A DNA stretch of 64,000 nt from Lama glama. Taxonomy: Eukaryota. How positions within the stretch are numbered: position 1 is the first letter of the stretch; each line of letters starts with the position of its first letter. This document shows positions 25,990-38,235 of the stretch, piece by piece. The DNA lies in contig CM052817.1 in assembly GCA_028534125.1 (NCBI GenBank), positions 21,826,001 to 21,890,000 on the forward strand, read 5' to 3'. A program made the translations under genes and the position numbers. The notes beneath the pieces are model-generated. The model saw only the letters and a program-made list of their open reading frames with translations, made no database searches and had not been told where the DNA came from.

Positions 25990-26515
25990 GCTATTAGAGT
26001 ATGCTCTATCTCCATCGACATCTAAGAGCTCCTCCTCGCTATCTGGTCTTAGACAAATGATTTCACTTTTCTAGGCTGTTGTATTAATATACTGGAGTGC
26101 CATAACTAAATATCACAGACTGGGTGGCTTAAACACCAAAAATTTATTTTCCCATAATTCTGGAGGTTGGATGTCCAAGATAAAGGTGCTGGCAGGGTTT
26201 GTTTTCTTGAAACCTCTCTCCTTGGTTTGCAGATAGCCACCTTCTCTTTGTGTCCTCACATAGTCTTTCCTCCGTATGCATACCTCTAGTGTTTCTCCCT
26301 GTATTCTAATTTCTTCTTACAAGAATACCAGTGAAATTAGATTAGGGCCTACTATCATGCCTCACTTTAACTTAATTACCTCTTTAAGGGTCTCTCTCCA
26401 ACTATAGTCATATTCTGAGGTACTGAGGGTTAGGACATCAACATGAGTTTTGAGGGGAGCACAGTTCTGTTCATAATAGCCCCAGTTTTTTTCAGAATGA
26501 AATGAAGCAGAAACA
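25990..26515 (+). mobile_element. MIR fragment split by an MLT1B insertion
   Basis: GGTCTTAGACAAATGATTTCACTTTTCTAG left of the LTR continues as GCCCCAGTTTTTTTCAGAATGAAATG right of it (MIR core). Confidence 0.55.
26080..26478 (-). mobile_element. MaLR solo LTR, MLT1B-like
   Basis: TGTATT..TGCCATAACTAAATATCACAGACTGGGTGGCTTAAAC, TTCTGGAGGTTGGATGTCCAAGAT, TTAACTTAATTACCTCTTTAA and ATTCTGAGGTACTG; ~400 bp. Confidence 0.88.
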
Positions 26516-27039
26516 TTAATTTAAAAGTCACATTAGTATAAGCACTGAACAGAAATTCATTTAAGTAATCAATCCAACTTGACAACTAGTAAAATTAAAC
26601 CAGACTTTCACATAACTACAAATATAATTTTTGAGAAATTATTGAGGCATAACAATTTTCTTTTTTCATTTGTAATGCTCAAAAAACAATTATTTAATTA
26701 ACCCCAAATATATCCAGAATCATTCATAGCAGCATAATATTATATTGAGACAAATTTTCAATATCAAATAACAGCCAAATTAACAAGACCAAAATTCTGT
26801 CTTACCGAAACATATCTCTACTTCTCTTTCAGTTGATCTACACTTGGTCAATTTCTCACCTTATCTGCAAATTTATCTCTATAATCCCCGTTTTGTAAGC
26901 AATGTGTATACTACTTTGGAGAAGGATTGCATCTATTTTAGTGTCTGGAAAAAATTAAATTTTAGTAGCAGAAAAGTGTCTTTTAAATAACTGAAATGTT
27001 ATAAAGCTTTGTATGTTGAAGATAATCTATATCAAGCTT

Positions 27040-27270
27040 GTTGCCAGTATAATCTTAAATGATGATTTAATAGAAGCACTTATGCCCAATATTACTAATA
27101 TTCTTTAAAATTATTCAAGGACAGATTGGTCAGTGCATGAACAATAACAGCAATGAAGGAGGTACACCTATGTAAAAATGTTAGAAATTTCCTTATTTGA
27201 AGGTATGATTTTTAAAAAAAATCTAGGCAGCTGGGGAAAACAAAGGAGATGTACACTATAATTTAAAAAA
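27040..27270 (+). mobile_element. Very old L1 (L1ME-like) ORF2 remnant, probably continuing at ~28260-28300 and 28640-29050
   Basis: CCTTATTTGAAGGTATGATT resembles the LFADDMI coding stretch. ATGTTATAAAGATGTCAGTTTCTCCCAAAATAAATATA at ~28710 is downstream L1M ORF2 sequence. Confidence 0.45.
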
Positions 27271-27274
27271 TGAA

Positions 27275-28255
27275 TAAAAGATTTGACAAAATTCAACATC
27301 CATTTATTATAAAAACTCTCCAGAATATGGGCAGAGAGGGACTATACCTCAACATAATAAAGGCTGTATATGACAGACACAGCTAACATCATGCTCAATG
27401 GTAAAAAGCTGAAAGCATTTCCTCTAAGATCAGGAATGTCCACTCTTGCCACTTTTATTCAACATAGTTTTGGAAGTTCTAAAGTCACAGCAATTGGAAA
27501 AGAAATCTAAATTAATAAAAGGAATACAAATTGAAAAGGAAGAAGTAAGACGGTCACTGTTTGTAGATGACATGATACTATACATAGAAAATCCTAAAGA
27601 TGCCACCAGGAAACTACCAGAGCTCATCAATGAATTCAGTAAAGTTGAAGAATACAAAATTAACATACAGAAATCTGTTGCATTTCTATGCACTAAGAAC
27701 AAAATATCAGAAAGATAAATTAAGGAAACAATCCCATTTACCATCACATCCAAACTAGTAGAGTACCTAGGAATAAACCTACCTATGGAGGTAAAAGACC
27801 TGTACTTGGTAAACTAGAAAAATCTCATGAAAGAAATTGAAGATCAAACAAACAAATAAAAATATATACTACGTTCTTGGATATGAAGAATTAACATTGT
27901 TAAAATGACCATACCACCTGAGGCAATCTACAGAGTCAGTGCAATCCCTATCAAAATACCAATGGCATTTTTCACAGAACTAAAATAAATAATTGTAAAA
28001 TTTGTATTGAAATACAAAAGAGCCAAATAGCCAAAAGAATCTTGAGAAAGAAGAAGAGAGCTGGAGGAATCATGCTTCCTGACTCCAGTGTAAAATAAGC
28101 TTCAAGGATATATTGTAGAGTAAGAGGAATATAGCAAATATTTTATAATAGCTAAAAATGGAGTATATCTTTAAAATTGTGAATCACTACATTGTACACG
28201 TAACTTATATAATATTGTATATCAACTATTCTTTAATTTAAAAAAATTAATAAAT
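27275..28255 (+). mobile_element. 5'-truncated L1: ORF2 reverse-transcriptase region fused to the 3' UTR end
   Basis: [56 protein letters not shown] and KYLGINL-like remnants, with frameshifts. After CCTGACTCCAG (~28088) it switches to the 3' UTR (TAAAATAAGCTTCAAGGATATATTG...TGTGAATCACTA) and an A-rich tail. Confidence 0.92.
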
Positions 28256-28394
28256 GAAATATTATTTCTATGGACAATAAAAATGTAAAGTATCTCACAG
28301 GTAATATGTAGGATATTCTTTGTGTTACCTGCATGATATGTCAGATAGATGATAGATAAATAGAAAGACAGATAAATAGACATAAGGACACAGA

Positions 28395-28607
28395 GAACAA
28401 TGTGGATTTTAACTGTGAGTATCCACTTACAGGGGAATTTTTTTTTCAATAAATATAGGCAGTACTACACAATCTGCAGTTGATTGAAGCCAGGGATGCA
28501 GAAACTCTGATACAGAGGGCCAGCTATGGAATTTGAGCATCTGAGAATTTTGTAATATACAGAGGCTCCTGGAACCAATCCCCTGCAAATATCAATGGAC
28601 AACTGTA
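28395..28607 (+). mobile_element. TcMar-Tigger MITE (Tigger2a/MER8-like)
   Basis: TCCACTTA..TTTTTTTCAATAAATA, GTTGATTGAAGCCAGGGATGCAGAA..GATACAGAGGGCC and CCTGGAACCAATCCCCTGC; ends CAACTG followed by a TA target site. Confidence 0.8.
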
Positions 28608-29109
28608 TATTTTAAATATATCCCATACATACATACATACATTTTTCTTAAGAACTACAAAATAAATCTGAGCAAATGTAGAGAAAATTCTACACTGTAT
28701 CTGGATGTTAGATGTTATAAAGATGTCAGTTTCTCCCAAAATAAATATATGCTCAATATGATGATAACCAAATGTGAGTTATTTTTAAAAGTTCAAATGA
28801 AGAAGTCAATCGATAAGAAAGTAGAAACTTTAGAGGAAAAACAGGCAACTGAAAGGACTTAGCAGAAATTAAGGCATATATTGAGCTCCCAATGACTAGC
28901 CATTTATGGTCTTTTTTCCAGAGTAGAGAGCCTGATTTATATATAGAATGAGAGCCTAGAATCTGAATAATTTAATGTATGTTGAAGAAAACTAAATAAC
29001 CTAAGGTAATGAAATGTTTAATGAATAGTACTTGGCAAGATTCTAGATGTAAAAAGACTTTAATAACAAAAAATGCAAGGGGAAATATAATCTAGGGAAA
29101 CATCAGTGG

Positions 29110-29525
29110 TCCTATTTCCTCATCTCCACATTTCCACTCTTACACAAATCCTGTTGATTTGACCATAAAAACATATTCCTGAAGAGCGATAAGACAAAAT
29201 TTATACTCAAACAGTTACAGCCACAGCCTACACTGTAACCCCTATACTGCACTGTCTTGTAAAACATCTTTGGAATTTATCTAGAATTGAATAGAATAAC
29301 TTTCAGCCTCTTCCTATGACATATAAAGGCCTACATAAACTTCCTGCCTCCATCCTATCCCATTTATATGACTGCCACTACTCTTTCACAAGCCTTCAAT
29401 CATACCAGTCTTCCTTTGAATTCCTTGCACTTGCCAAGGTGATTCTCAACAAACACCTTTTGCTTTTCATTCTCTTCTGCCTGGCTTTTCTCAGCATCCT
29501 TCCAGTATTAACTCAGAAAATGATT
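29110..29525 (+). mobile_element. L2 LINE fragment
   Basis: AAATCCTGTTGATT, ATGACATATAAAGGCCTACAT, TTCCTTGCACTTGCCAAG and CTCTTCTGCCTGG. Confidence 0.7.
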
Positions 29526-29532
29526 TCAGAAG

Positions 29533-30620
29533 TATTTCTTCTGCAATTTTTTGGAATACTTTGAAAAGAATAGATGTTAACTCTTCTCTAATTGTTTGAT
29601 GCAGTTTACCTGTGACATCAACTGATCCTGGACTTCTGTTTGTTGGGAGGTCTTTTTTTGTTTTTTTGTTTTATTTTGTTTAATTAATGATTCGACTTCA
29701 TTACTGGTAATTGGTCTGTTAATATTTCCTATTTCTTCCTGGTTCAACCTTGGGTTATTGTATATTTCTAGGAATTTGTCCATTCTTCTAGACTGTACAT
29801 TTTATTGGTGTATAATTGTTTGCAATAATCTCTTATGATCCTCTGTATTTCTGTGGTATCAGTTGTAACTTCTTTTTCATTTCTGATTTTGTTCATTTCG
29901 TCCTTCTTCTTTTTTTCTTGAATACTCTAGCTAAAGTTTTATCAATTTTGTTGATCATTTCAAAATGCCAGCTTTTAATTTTATTGATCTTTTCTTTTTT
30001 TGAGTCTCTATTTTATTTATTTCTGTTCTGATCTTTATTTAATTCCTTCTTCTAAGTTCAGGTTTTGTTTTTTCCTTCTTTTTCTAGTTCCTTTAGGTAT
30101 AAGTTTAGGTTGCTTAATTGAGGTTTTTCTTGTTTCCTGTGATAGGCCTATGTTGCTGTAAGCTTCCCTCTTAGAAGTACTTTTGCTATGTCCCATAGAT
30201 TTTGGGTGGTTCTGTCTTTATTTGTTTTCATTTGTTACAAGGTTTTTGTGTGTATGTGTGTGTGTGTTTTAGTTTCTTGTTTGATTTCTTCAGTGATCCA
30301 TTGGTTGTTTAGTAGCATATTGTTTAGCTTCCACATGTTTATGTTTTTTTCTTGTAGCTGATTTCTAGTCTCAAAGTGTTGTGGTCAGAAAAGTTGCTTG
30401 ATATGATTTCAGTTGTCTTAAATTTAGTCTAACTTGTTTTGTGGCCTAGAATGTGATCTAGCATGTGATCTATCTTGGAGACTATTCCAGGTGCACTTGA
30501 AAAGAATGTGTTTTCTGTTGCTTTTGGATGGCATGTTCTATACAATCTTTTAAGTCAGTTTGGTCAAGTGTGGCATTTAAGGTGGGCATTTACTTATTTA
30601 TTTTCTGTCAGAATGATCTA
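29533..30620 (-). mobile_element. Internal L1 ORF2 fragment (endonuclease C-terminal half to Z-domain)
   Basis: MDKFLEIYNNPRLNQEEIGNINRPITSNEVESLIK; TFFSSAPG..SKIDH-like and SDHN-like coding remnants; no 3' UTR or poly-A. Confidence 0.9.
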
Positions 30621-30999
30621 AGACCTCAAGTTTTAATATGTGAAAAAGACACTGAAGATTCATATATTTGGAAATGCAAATGTTAAATAAGTGTATGAAA
30701 TAATTTAAATTACAAACTCGTTCCCTTTGGGAATTTATATTATCCTGGTGAGATGTGCAAAAAACATGTAAATAAATAAATCAGTGTCAGCATTGATAAA
30801 TACATGTATAACAGGTAAGCTAGTAAGAATTGATAAGAAGAGTTAATTAAAGCACAGTAAGGATGTAGAATGCATAGACATTCACTGAAATCATTGTTAA
30901 TATTTATTAAGCTTTTATATAAAAGCATGCATCTAAGTTTTTTACAAAACTGTTGTATTAAACATAAACAGCACTTATGATGAACTATCAAATACCCTA

Positions 31000-31115
31000 A
31001 AATTTTCCTAAAACACATAGAAACTAAGAAATAAAGAGGTTAAGATACTTGCCCAAGACACACACACCATCAAAACACAAAGTCTGACTCCAAGATATTC
31101 AATCACACGCCTTTA
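31000..31115 (-). mobile_element. MIR fragment
   Basis: GAAACTAAG..AGAGGTTAAGATACTTGCCCAAGACACAC..GTCTGACTCCAA. Confidence 0.65.
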
Positions 31116-33811
31116 AGAAATAAGTTACTATCTCAATGAATATTTTGTACTAACTATTAATGAACAAGTGAGTAAGTGTTTGTATATTTTCTGTTTGGCC
31201 AAATTCATCAAATTATATTCAAAATTTAAATTACTTTTATTTGCAAACATAAGAAAATCATATCCCTATGACCTAATCTTAACTTTGACCTCAAAGTATG
31301 TGAACCCACATTTTTCTGTTAGCATGAACATCTGGCAGATAAGATACTTACTTTCATTTATTTAATTATTCTTCTTAAAATGTTGTGATGAAAATTTTAT
31401 ACCCTAACTACAAAATCATCACAGAAAATATCAAATTAAGAATTTTTGTTGAAATATTGTATTTATAATTCAGGGTAGAATAAAGCAGAGTCACAAGCAC
31501 TCCTCAGTTTCTTCAGTGTTTCATTGATTTATTCATTAGTTTATTCTGTCAGTCATTCATTATGAGAAAGGATTGTGGGATTATGGCTTATAGTGAGAAA
31601 AATAGTTGAATTCTATTTTAGATTTTCTTGCCCTCAAAATTATAAATTTTTCACATTATAATCAAAGGAAATAGAAAGAAAAAGAAGGTGGAAGGTATAC
31701 AAATACTGTTACCTTCGGAGATGAGAGGCTTGAGAGGCTTTTTTTCCCCCCTTTTCTTGAATATCTAGCTTTTTCTCATACAGCTTTTTCCCCACTAGAT
31801 CCAGAAACATCTATTTGTGGAAACAAAAGTAGAGAAAAATTTGGATTGCATCTCTTTGTGTTGGTTTTCACTGCATGAGTAAATACAATGTAAAAATAAT
31901 AGGGTTATCTGTAAATAAAAAACAGAACAAATAAATATGAATTATTTACCTATATCTTGTTCCTATTTTTTATCTTAAATATTATGGATGAGATAAATTC
32001 AACATTTCAGATAAATTTATTCCACAAATTTCTAAATATATATATGTGAATATAAATGTATATTCACACCCACACTGTCATAAGAAGTTTTATTTTGTCA
32101 CATTATAATTATATCATATTTATAATTAAAATGCCTAATTATCCCAATTTTTTATAAAACAACTGTCAAGTGCATCAGATATATCCAGAATAAAAAGTCG
32201 CATTGCTTCCAATCTGATGTATGGCCAGGCTTAAAGAAGAAGCCTTTCACAATACAGAAAAGCAATGTGATGATTTTATGTACTTTGGGGTTGTGAGGTT
32301 GAATTTATTAAAAGGATTAAAGATCTCTGTTTTCCATTATTTTTCTATGTTAATAAATAAATTCTACTCCAATAAGCTGTGTTTTTTTCTGCTAAATATT
32401 CAGTATGTTCAAATGGAACATAATAGCAATTACTGACCTTTGTATCTTACTAAAAAAAACTATTAAAAGTAATGAATTCAGATTTTTGGTAAATGCTTTT
32501 GTTTTCTGATTTTTCTTATAAGAAGTATATGTTAATATTGAACTATAAATACAGATGTCAAATAAGCAGGACTTCTTTTTTCTTGTTTTAATTTCAAGCA
32601 CTTTCATTTATTATCCCACATACTTTTCTTATCCTACTTTTGACCCAATAGTTCAGGGGGGATTCATGAATATGTATTTGAGTGTAATAAGGGTCAAGTT
32701 GAAGCAAGGTAATGAACCAGCACTCCTTTGTCCTCACTTTTCTCTGTAGGAGTTGATCATTTCTTAATGTGGCACTTTACATATTATATGGAGGGCAAGG
32801 GTGCCTTCTGCCTCCCACTCGCCCTCCCCTGGAGGTGCAAAGGCAGGGTGCTGCCTTATCAAAATCATCTCTGTCTGTAAACGCTTTCCATTGCATCTGA
32901 ACAAACAAGAGCAAATAAAATCATAGGTATGCATGCTGAAAACATTTTTCTTATTCATTATGTGATGTTTAGGTTTACTCAGGTCGTATCTGGTATTTAG
33001 TTGTGAGATCACAAATCACAATTCCTGGAGAACTCTGTGTGAACAAGTTTTTTCATTTTTGGTTTTTGTTTCTGTGAGTTTTTTTTGGAACATAATTGCT
33101 GCCCTTAACAGAGTATGTGCTATCAGGAAAAGAAGCTGAATTCTACCCAGATTCTTTTGTTAGGATTTGGTTCAACTATCCCCAAAAGTTCTATTCAGGT
33201 GTTTCAGTCTGAACTAGTTATTCTATATAGGAGATCACATAACAAGGACTTTTGCCCTGAGCTTCAAAATCTAGTCTACAGTAGCACATAGACACCCAGC
33301 TGGTCCAGTACAACAACGAATAAATTAAGCTGCTAATCACTCCTTCAAAAAGTAAAACAAATATATTCAGTTTTAGTGTGGAAGCAGAACAGCTATTAAA
33401 ACAAATTTTCTGACTTAATACTTGTTTGTTTTAATGGAGAATATTAATATTCAGATGGGATAAATGGAGTGAATTGATCCTCACTTACATTATTCAATTT
33501 AATTTTAAATATATAATTAGTTTTCATTATGACTCTAAAATGGTGATTTTTTTTTTACATAGAGAGTGTTGTCTTTATAACTTAAATGTTTTAGCCTTAT
33601 GAAAAACCCAGAAAGTTTATTTCCAATGTTTTATGACCCCTTCTCAATTTACAGATAGTTTCTCTGATACCGGAAAGTTCTACTGAAAATTTTCACCTGC
33701 ATACAAGTGAAAACTATGAATTATATATCACTAAAAATACCCCGATATTTTGGAAGAGCTTAAAATAACATAGTAGCCGTCAAGTGCAGGTTTCTCATCT
33801 TTGGATTGAAA

Positions 33812-33880
33812 CATATTTAGTTCTGTGGTTGTTTAAATCCACGGTTGTAGAACCTGAGGATACAGAGAGTCAACTCTGTA
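33812..33880 (+). mobile_element. Tigger/MER2-like terminal fragment
   Basis: TGGTTGTTTAAATCCACGGTTGTAGAACCTGAGGATACAGAGAGTCAACT matches the MER2-type terminus. Confidence 0.55.
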
Positions 33881-35094
33881 TGTTTAGATTTTTTTTAACC
33901 TTTAACAACTTGTTTAATTTTAAGAAGGATGGTTTTCCATTAGATTGTTAAGGAAAAAAGATTATATATGGTAAAGCTAAAATGACAATAACCCTAGTAT
34001 AAATAAGTGGTTTGTGGAAGTACAATTACTAGTTTTAAACTTTGCTCTTATTTATTTTATGGTACATTAAGATTCTACCTTTTTGTTGCCATAGTTACAG
34101 ACCTTAGTGGAATAATTTAACAAAGTTAAGTCTGACTGGACAGTGTTCCCAAACCATTACTTGTCCAAACATTTGTTGCCTACAGTTTTCATTTAAACCC
34201 CTCCTTCTTTCATGTATAATTTTGTTCTAAACTTTCAGTGCCTCAGAAATGTATTGTATTATGAATAAAAGGAAATTGTTGAGGGCAGGAGAAGGTCAAC
34301 AATATTTCTTTAAGATGTGCCTTGCAATAGTAGGAAAAGACTCCAGTTATTTTAAGTGGAGGAAATGTCAATGTTCTTTTAGTTCATTGAGTCAGGCCCC
34401 ATTTAGTTAGTGTTTTGTCTCAGAAAGAATATGTACCCAAACTGCAAGCAGATGCCAGCTACATTTTTGCATATATATGCATATTTTATTAATTCAGGGC
34501 TTCTATCATAAGAATCTAAATTTTACATGCAAAAAGCACATGTTTTATGAAATTATAAGAGCAATTCTTAGAAATAAAGTTTTCTTATATTTAAGCAAAT
34601 ATCTGTCTGACATTCCATGATACTTTACTAAAATGGTAATTAGAAAGAAATCCATTGCACTTTGACTGTGCAAGTGAGATTTCCAGCACCTCATGTAGAA
34701 AATTCTGATAGACCAACTTGTCTAGCACACTGAAGTGTTCCTTGTTATGTAGCTGTGGATACTTTCCAGTATATTTGGACTGGAGCACAGATGAGGCTGA
34801 CAGTATGTAAGAGGAACATGGATCAGAAACTCAGACTGAAGTATTTTGAGTCTAGACTTCATTTCTTATACCAAATTGTCTTTTAGGAATCCAACCCCCC
34901 CACAACTTACTGTATGTTCTTTGTCCAAGACGTAGAACTCTTAATTTTTAACAATGAAAATATTTGCAACTTAGAGCTAAATTAGAATTATCTCCATGAA
35001 CCAAACTTTAATTTAACATAAAATGATCATTTGTTTTGGCATTTAACAGCATTTTTTATTATTCTTATATTCATTATCTATTTTTTTAATTGTA

Positions 35095-35255
35095 GTAATT
35101 TTGTGTGTTTGTCATTTCTACAACTAAATTATAAACTCTTTGATAACAATTATGTATAGTTTATTTTTATTTCTCTTAAATGGATACTAATACTGTTGTT
35201 CATGTTAAAGTATCAACATTCCACTAATATTTTGTGAATGAATGAATGAATGAAT
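35095..35255 (+). mobile_element. L2 3' end with (TGAA)n tail
   Basis: ACTAAATTATAAACTCTTTGA...AATATTTTGTGAATGAATGAATGAATGAA. Confidence 0.65.
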
Positions 35256-35567
35256 AACATTTATAAGCAGAATATTTAAATACTGTAAATAAAACATCTA
35301 GTCAGCAAATGGCTGTATGATCACGTTAATCAGTTCTGACTAGGTATAAAGCATAAAACAATATGGAATACATATAGGGCAAAAAATAGAAGCAGTACAG
35401 AACAGGACTGAAGAGAGTTGAGTATAGCAATCAGGCAGATGGGCTGAAGCAGGCCAGGGCCACAGGAGCAGCAGCTGCAGCAGGAGAAATGGTCAGAAAC
35501 GGTCACAGCCCCAAACAAAGAGCAACATGACAGAAAGACTGGCCAGTGGCAGCAGGGAGAAAAAAAC

Positions 35568-35570
<3 letters not shown>

Positions 35571-35624
<54 letters not shown>
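35571..35624. repeat. (AT)27 microsatellite
   Basis: Perfect dinucleotide run of 54 nt. Confidence 0.97.
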
Positions 35625-35630
<6 letters not shown>

Positions 35631-36501
35631 GTAAGAAAGAGTACCATATTGGGTGACACTCTCATCCAAGAGAAAGTAATATAAGCAGAAGCACATTCAG
35701 TACATTCTAGAAATCAAGGCCTAAAGGCCCTCATTGTACAGATGAAAAAGACAGAAAAACACATTTAAAAAAAAAAGTATATAGCTACTAAAGAATAAAG
35801 AGCCATATAGGCATTCATGCTTCTAAATGAAAGAAGTTTGACCGTTTAAAAGATTACATTCCCTATATTTAAAATTGGGCTGAAAACAGTGGATTACTGA
35901 AACAGCATAATATCAATACTCTCCCTGTCTATCTCCTTTCCTTCCTTCCTTCCTTTCTCTTCTTGTTTTTTATTCTATAAATCTGTTTTTCTTTTCCTTC
36001 TTTGTAAACCAGTCTCTCAAGAGGAAAACACACAATTCCTAACTTAATTTAAGCAAAAGCGTTTTTTCTTTTTTCTTTTTCCTTCCCTTTTCTCCTTTCT
36101 CTCTCCCCCAGCTGCATGTCTTATTAGAAGATATTCTATGGATTTTTAAATTGTGTACCTTACAGATGAATTTGGTAGCATATTGGCAATTGTGAGTGTT
36201 AATAAACATTTTGTAAACCTTCCTTTCCTGAGGCATAATAACTGTGTGGCATTAAAACTGAAGAATGTATTCTCAAGGGCAAATAGCAAGTAATTAATTT
36301 AATTTTGCTTAATTGGAAAATTAAATTAAATGTAACTACTGATCCCAAGGGTAAGAAAGTTGAAGTAGCCTAATGTAGTCATCAAAATATTGGAGTACCC
36401 AACACATTAGCACTTTCATATAAAGATGCTTTTTTTCTTCCCTAGTGTTTACGATTTGTTATAAACCATATTCTAAATTATTTTTCAATATTCCTATTCC
36501 A

Positions 36502-36940
36502 TGTAGTAGGCTGAATAATGCCTCCCCCCAATCTTTGCCTCATCACCAGTAACTGTGAATGTTACTTTACATGGCAAGGGAGAATTAAGATGAAATTAGA
36601 TGAAATTTAGTTGTTAATCAGCAGACCTTAAAATAAGCAGATTATCCAGGTGAATACAGTGTAATGAAAAGGTTTTTAAAAGTGGAACAGAGTGGCAGAA
36701 GTCAGAGTAATGCAAAGTGAGAAGAGATTGAGTACTGGCTTTGAAGATGGAAGAGAGTGACAAGCCTAGGAATACAGGCAGCCTCTGTAATGGAAGAAGG
36801 AAGGGAACAAATTCTCCTTTAGAGCCTCCAGAAGGAGTACAGCCTTGCTGAGATCTTGATTTTAGCCAATGAGACCAGTTTGGAACATCTGACCTCCACA
36901 ATTGCAAGATCATAAGTTGCATTAAGTTACTACTAGTTGT
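36502..36940 (+). mobile_element. MaLR solo LTR, MLT1D/MLT1C-like, 3' end lost at a poly-T and gap
   Basis: TGTAGTAGGCTGAATAATG, CTGTGAATGTTACTTTACATGGCAA, CTGGCTTTGAAGATGGA, TAGAGCCTCCAGAAGGA and CTGACCTCCA. Confidence 0.88.
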
Positions 36941-36953
36941 TTTTTTTTTTTTT

Positions 36954-37453
36954 NNNNNNNNNNNNNNNNNNNNNNNNNNNNNNNNNNNNNNNNNNNNNNN
37001 NNNNNNNNNNNNNNNNNNNNNNNNNNNNNNNNNNNNNNNNNNNNNNNNNNNNNNNNNNNNNNNNNNNNNNNNNNNNNNNNNNNNNNNNNNNNNNNNNNNN
37101 NNNNNNNNNNNNNNNNNNNNNNNNNNNNNNNNNNNNNNNNNNNNNNNNNNNNNNNNNNNNNNNNNNNNNNNNNNNNNNNNNNNNNNNNNNNNNNNNNNNN
37201 NNNNNNNNNNNNNNNNNNNNNNNNNNNNNNNNNNNNNNNNNNNNNNNNNNNNNNNNNNNNNNNNNNNNNNNNNNNNNNNNNNNNNNNNNNNNNNNNNNNN
37301 NNNNNNNNNNNNNNNNNNNNNNNNNNNNNNNNNNNNNNNNNNNNNNNNNNNNNNNNNNNNNNNNNNNNNNNNNNNNNNNNNNNNNNNNNNNNNNNNNNNN
37401 NNNNNNNNNNNNNNNNNNNNNNNNNNNNNNNNNNNNNNNNNNNNNNNNNNNNN
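36954..37453. other. Assembly gap (500 N)
   Basis: Exactly 500 N. Confidence 1.
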
Positions 37454-37619
37454 AAATGCCTTTATCTATATCCTTCTGATCTATTTTGCTTTTAAAACTA
37501 GTAACCACTACTCCTATTTATATTTATTTGTAATTTAAAGGTATTTTCTTTGTTTCTTGGGTGCTAAATAAATGCAGATTAATCATAAGATGAAATAAAG
37601 CCTGTTCTTCTCACCCAAA

Positions 37620-37705
37620 CAACTAGACTTAAATCCCAGTCCTAATACAATGTTGGTAACTCTGAGCAAGTCAATAAACTGCTTGGTGACTCCGTTTCCT
37701 GGTAC
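37620..37705 (+). mobile_element. MIR fragment
   Basis: AAATCCCAGTCCT..GTAACTCTGAGCAAGTCAATAAAC..CTCCGTTTCCT. Confidence 0.6.
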
Positions 37706-38019
37706 TGGGTGGTAGACTTTTCATACTAGTCAGGTTGTAAATGTTTGGAATAGTCAAAATTAAAAATGCAAATACTAGATGGAGCCATGTTGAAGGAATA
37801 ACTACTCTTAACATTGATATTTCTTCTGTTCATGTCTTCATTCATTTAAATACATTATATGCCCAGTATGATCAAAGTACTGACTAGGAGCTGTAAACTG
37901 TACACCAGTTTGTGAACATTTTACCAATGAAATAATAGGATTATTATTTTTTCAAAATCTCTTCACATCTCTGAATACAGTTTATTCACAGAACAACTCT
38001 GGGCACCTTTAATTCATAA

Positions 38020-38235
38020 ATAGTAATAATACTCATCTTTCAATCAAGTACTTACTGTATTAGAGATTCTGTGTTAAGATCTTTAAATACCTTTTTTTTT
38101 AAATTTTACACTTTGAAAGGTTTATTTTAATTCCCATTTCAAAGTTGTAATAACTGTAAAAGAGTAATATTAAACAAACTACATTCTATGTGGCAGAAGC
38201 AAGCATGATTCCACTGATGGTTAACTGTAGGGCCA
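38020..38235 (-). mobile_element. MIR fragment
   Basis: AATAATA..AAGTACTTACTGTA..CTGTGTTAAG..TTTTAATTCCCATTT..TGTGGCAGAAGCAAG. Confidence 0.5.

Noticed and set aside
32045..32068. Perfect 10-bp stem hairpin TGTGAATATA-AATG-TATATTCACA
   Set aside because: Expected by chance in AT-rich low-complexity DNA and too short for a pre-miRNA.
32764..33012. Minus-strand acceptor (TTGTTTGTTCAG) followed by open frames
   Set aside because: No convincing donor before the stops and no recognisable protein.
35330..35696. ORFs with YIYIYI repeats
   Set aside because: Translation of the (AT)27 microsatellite.
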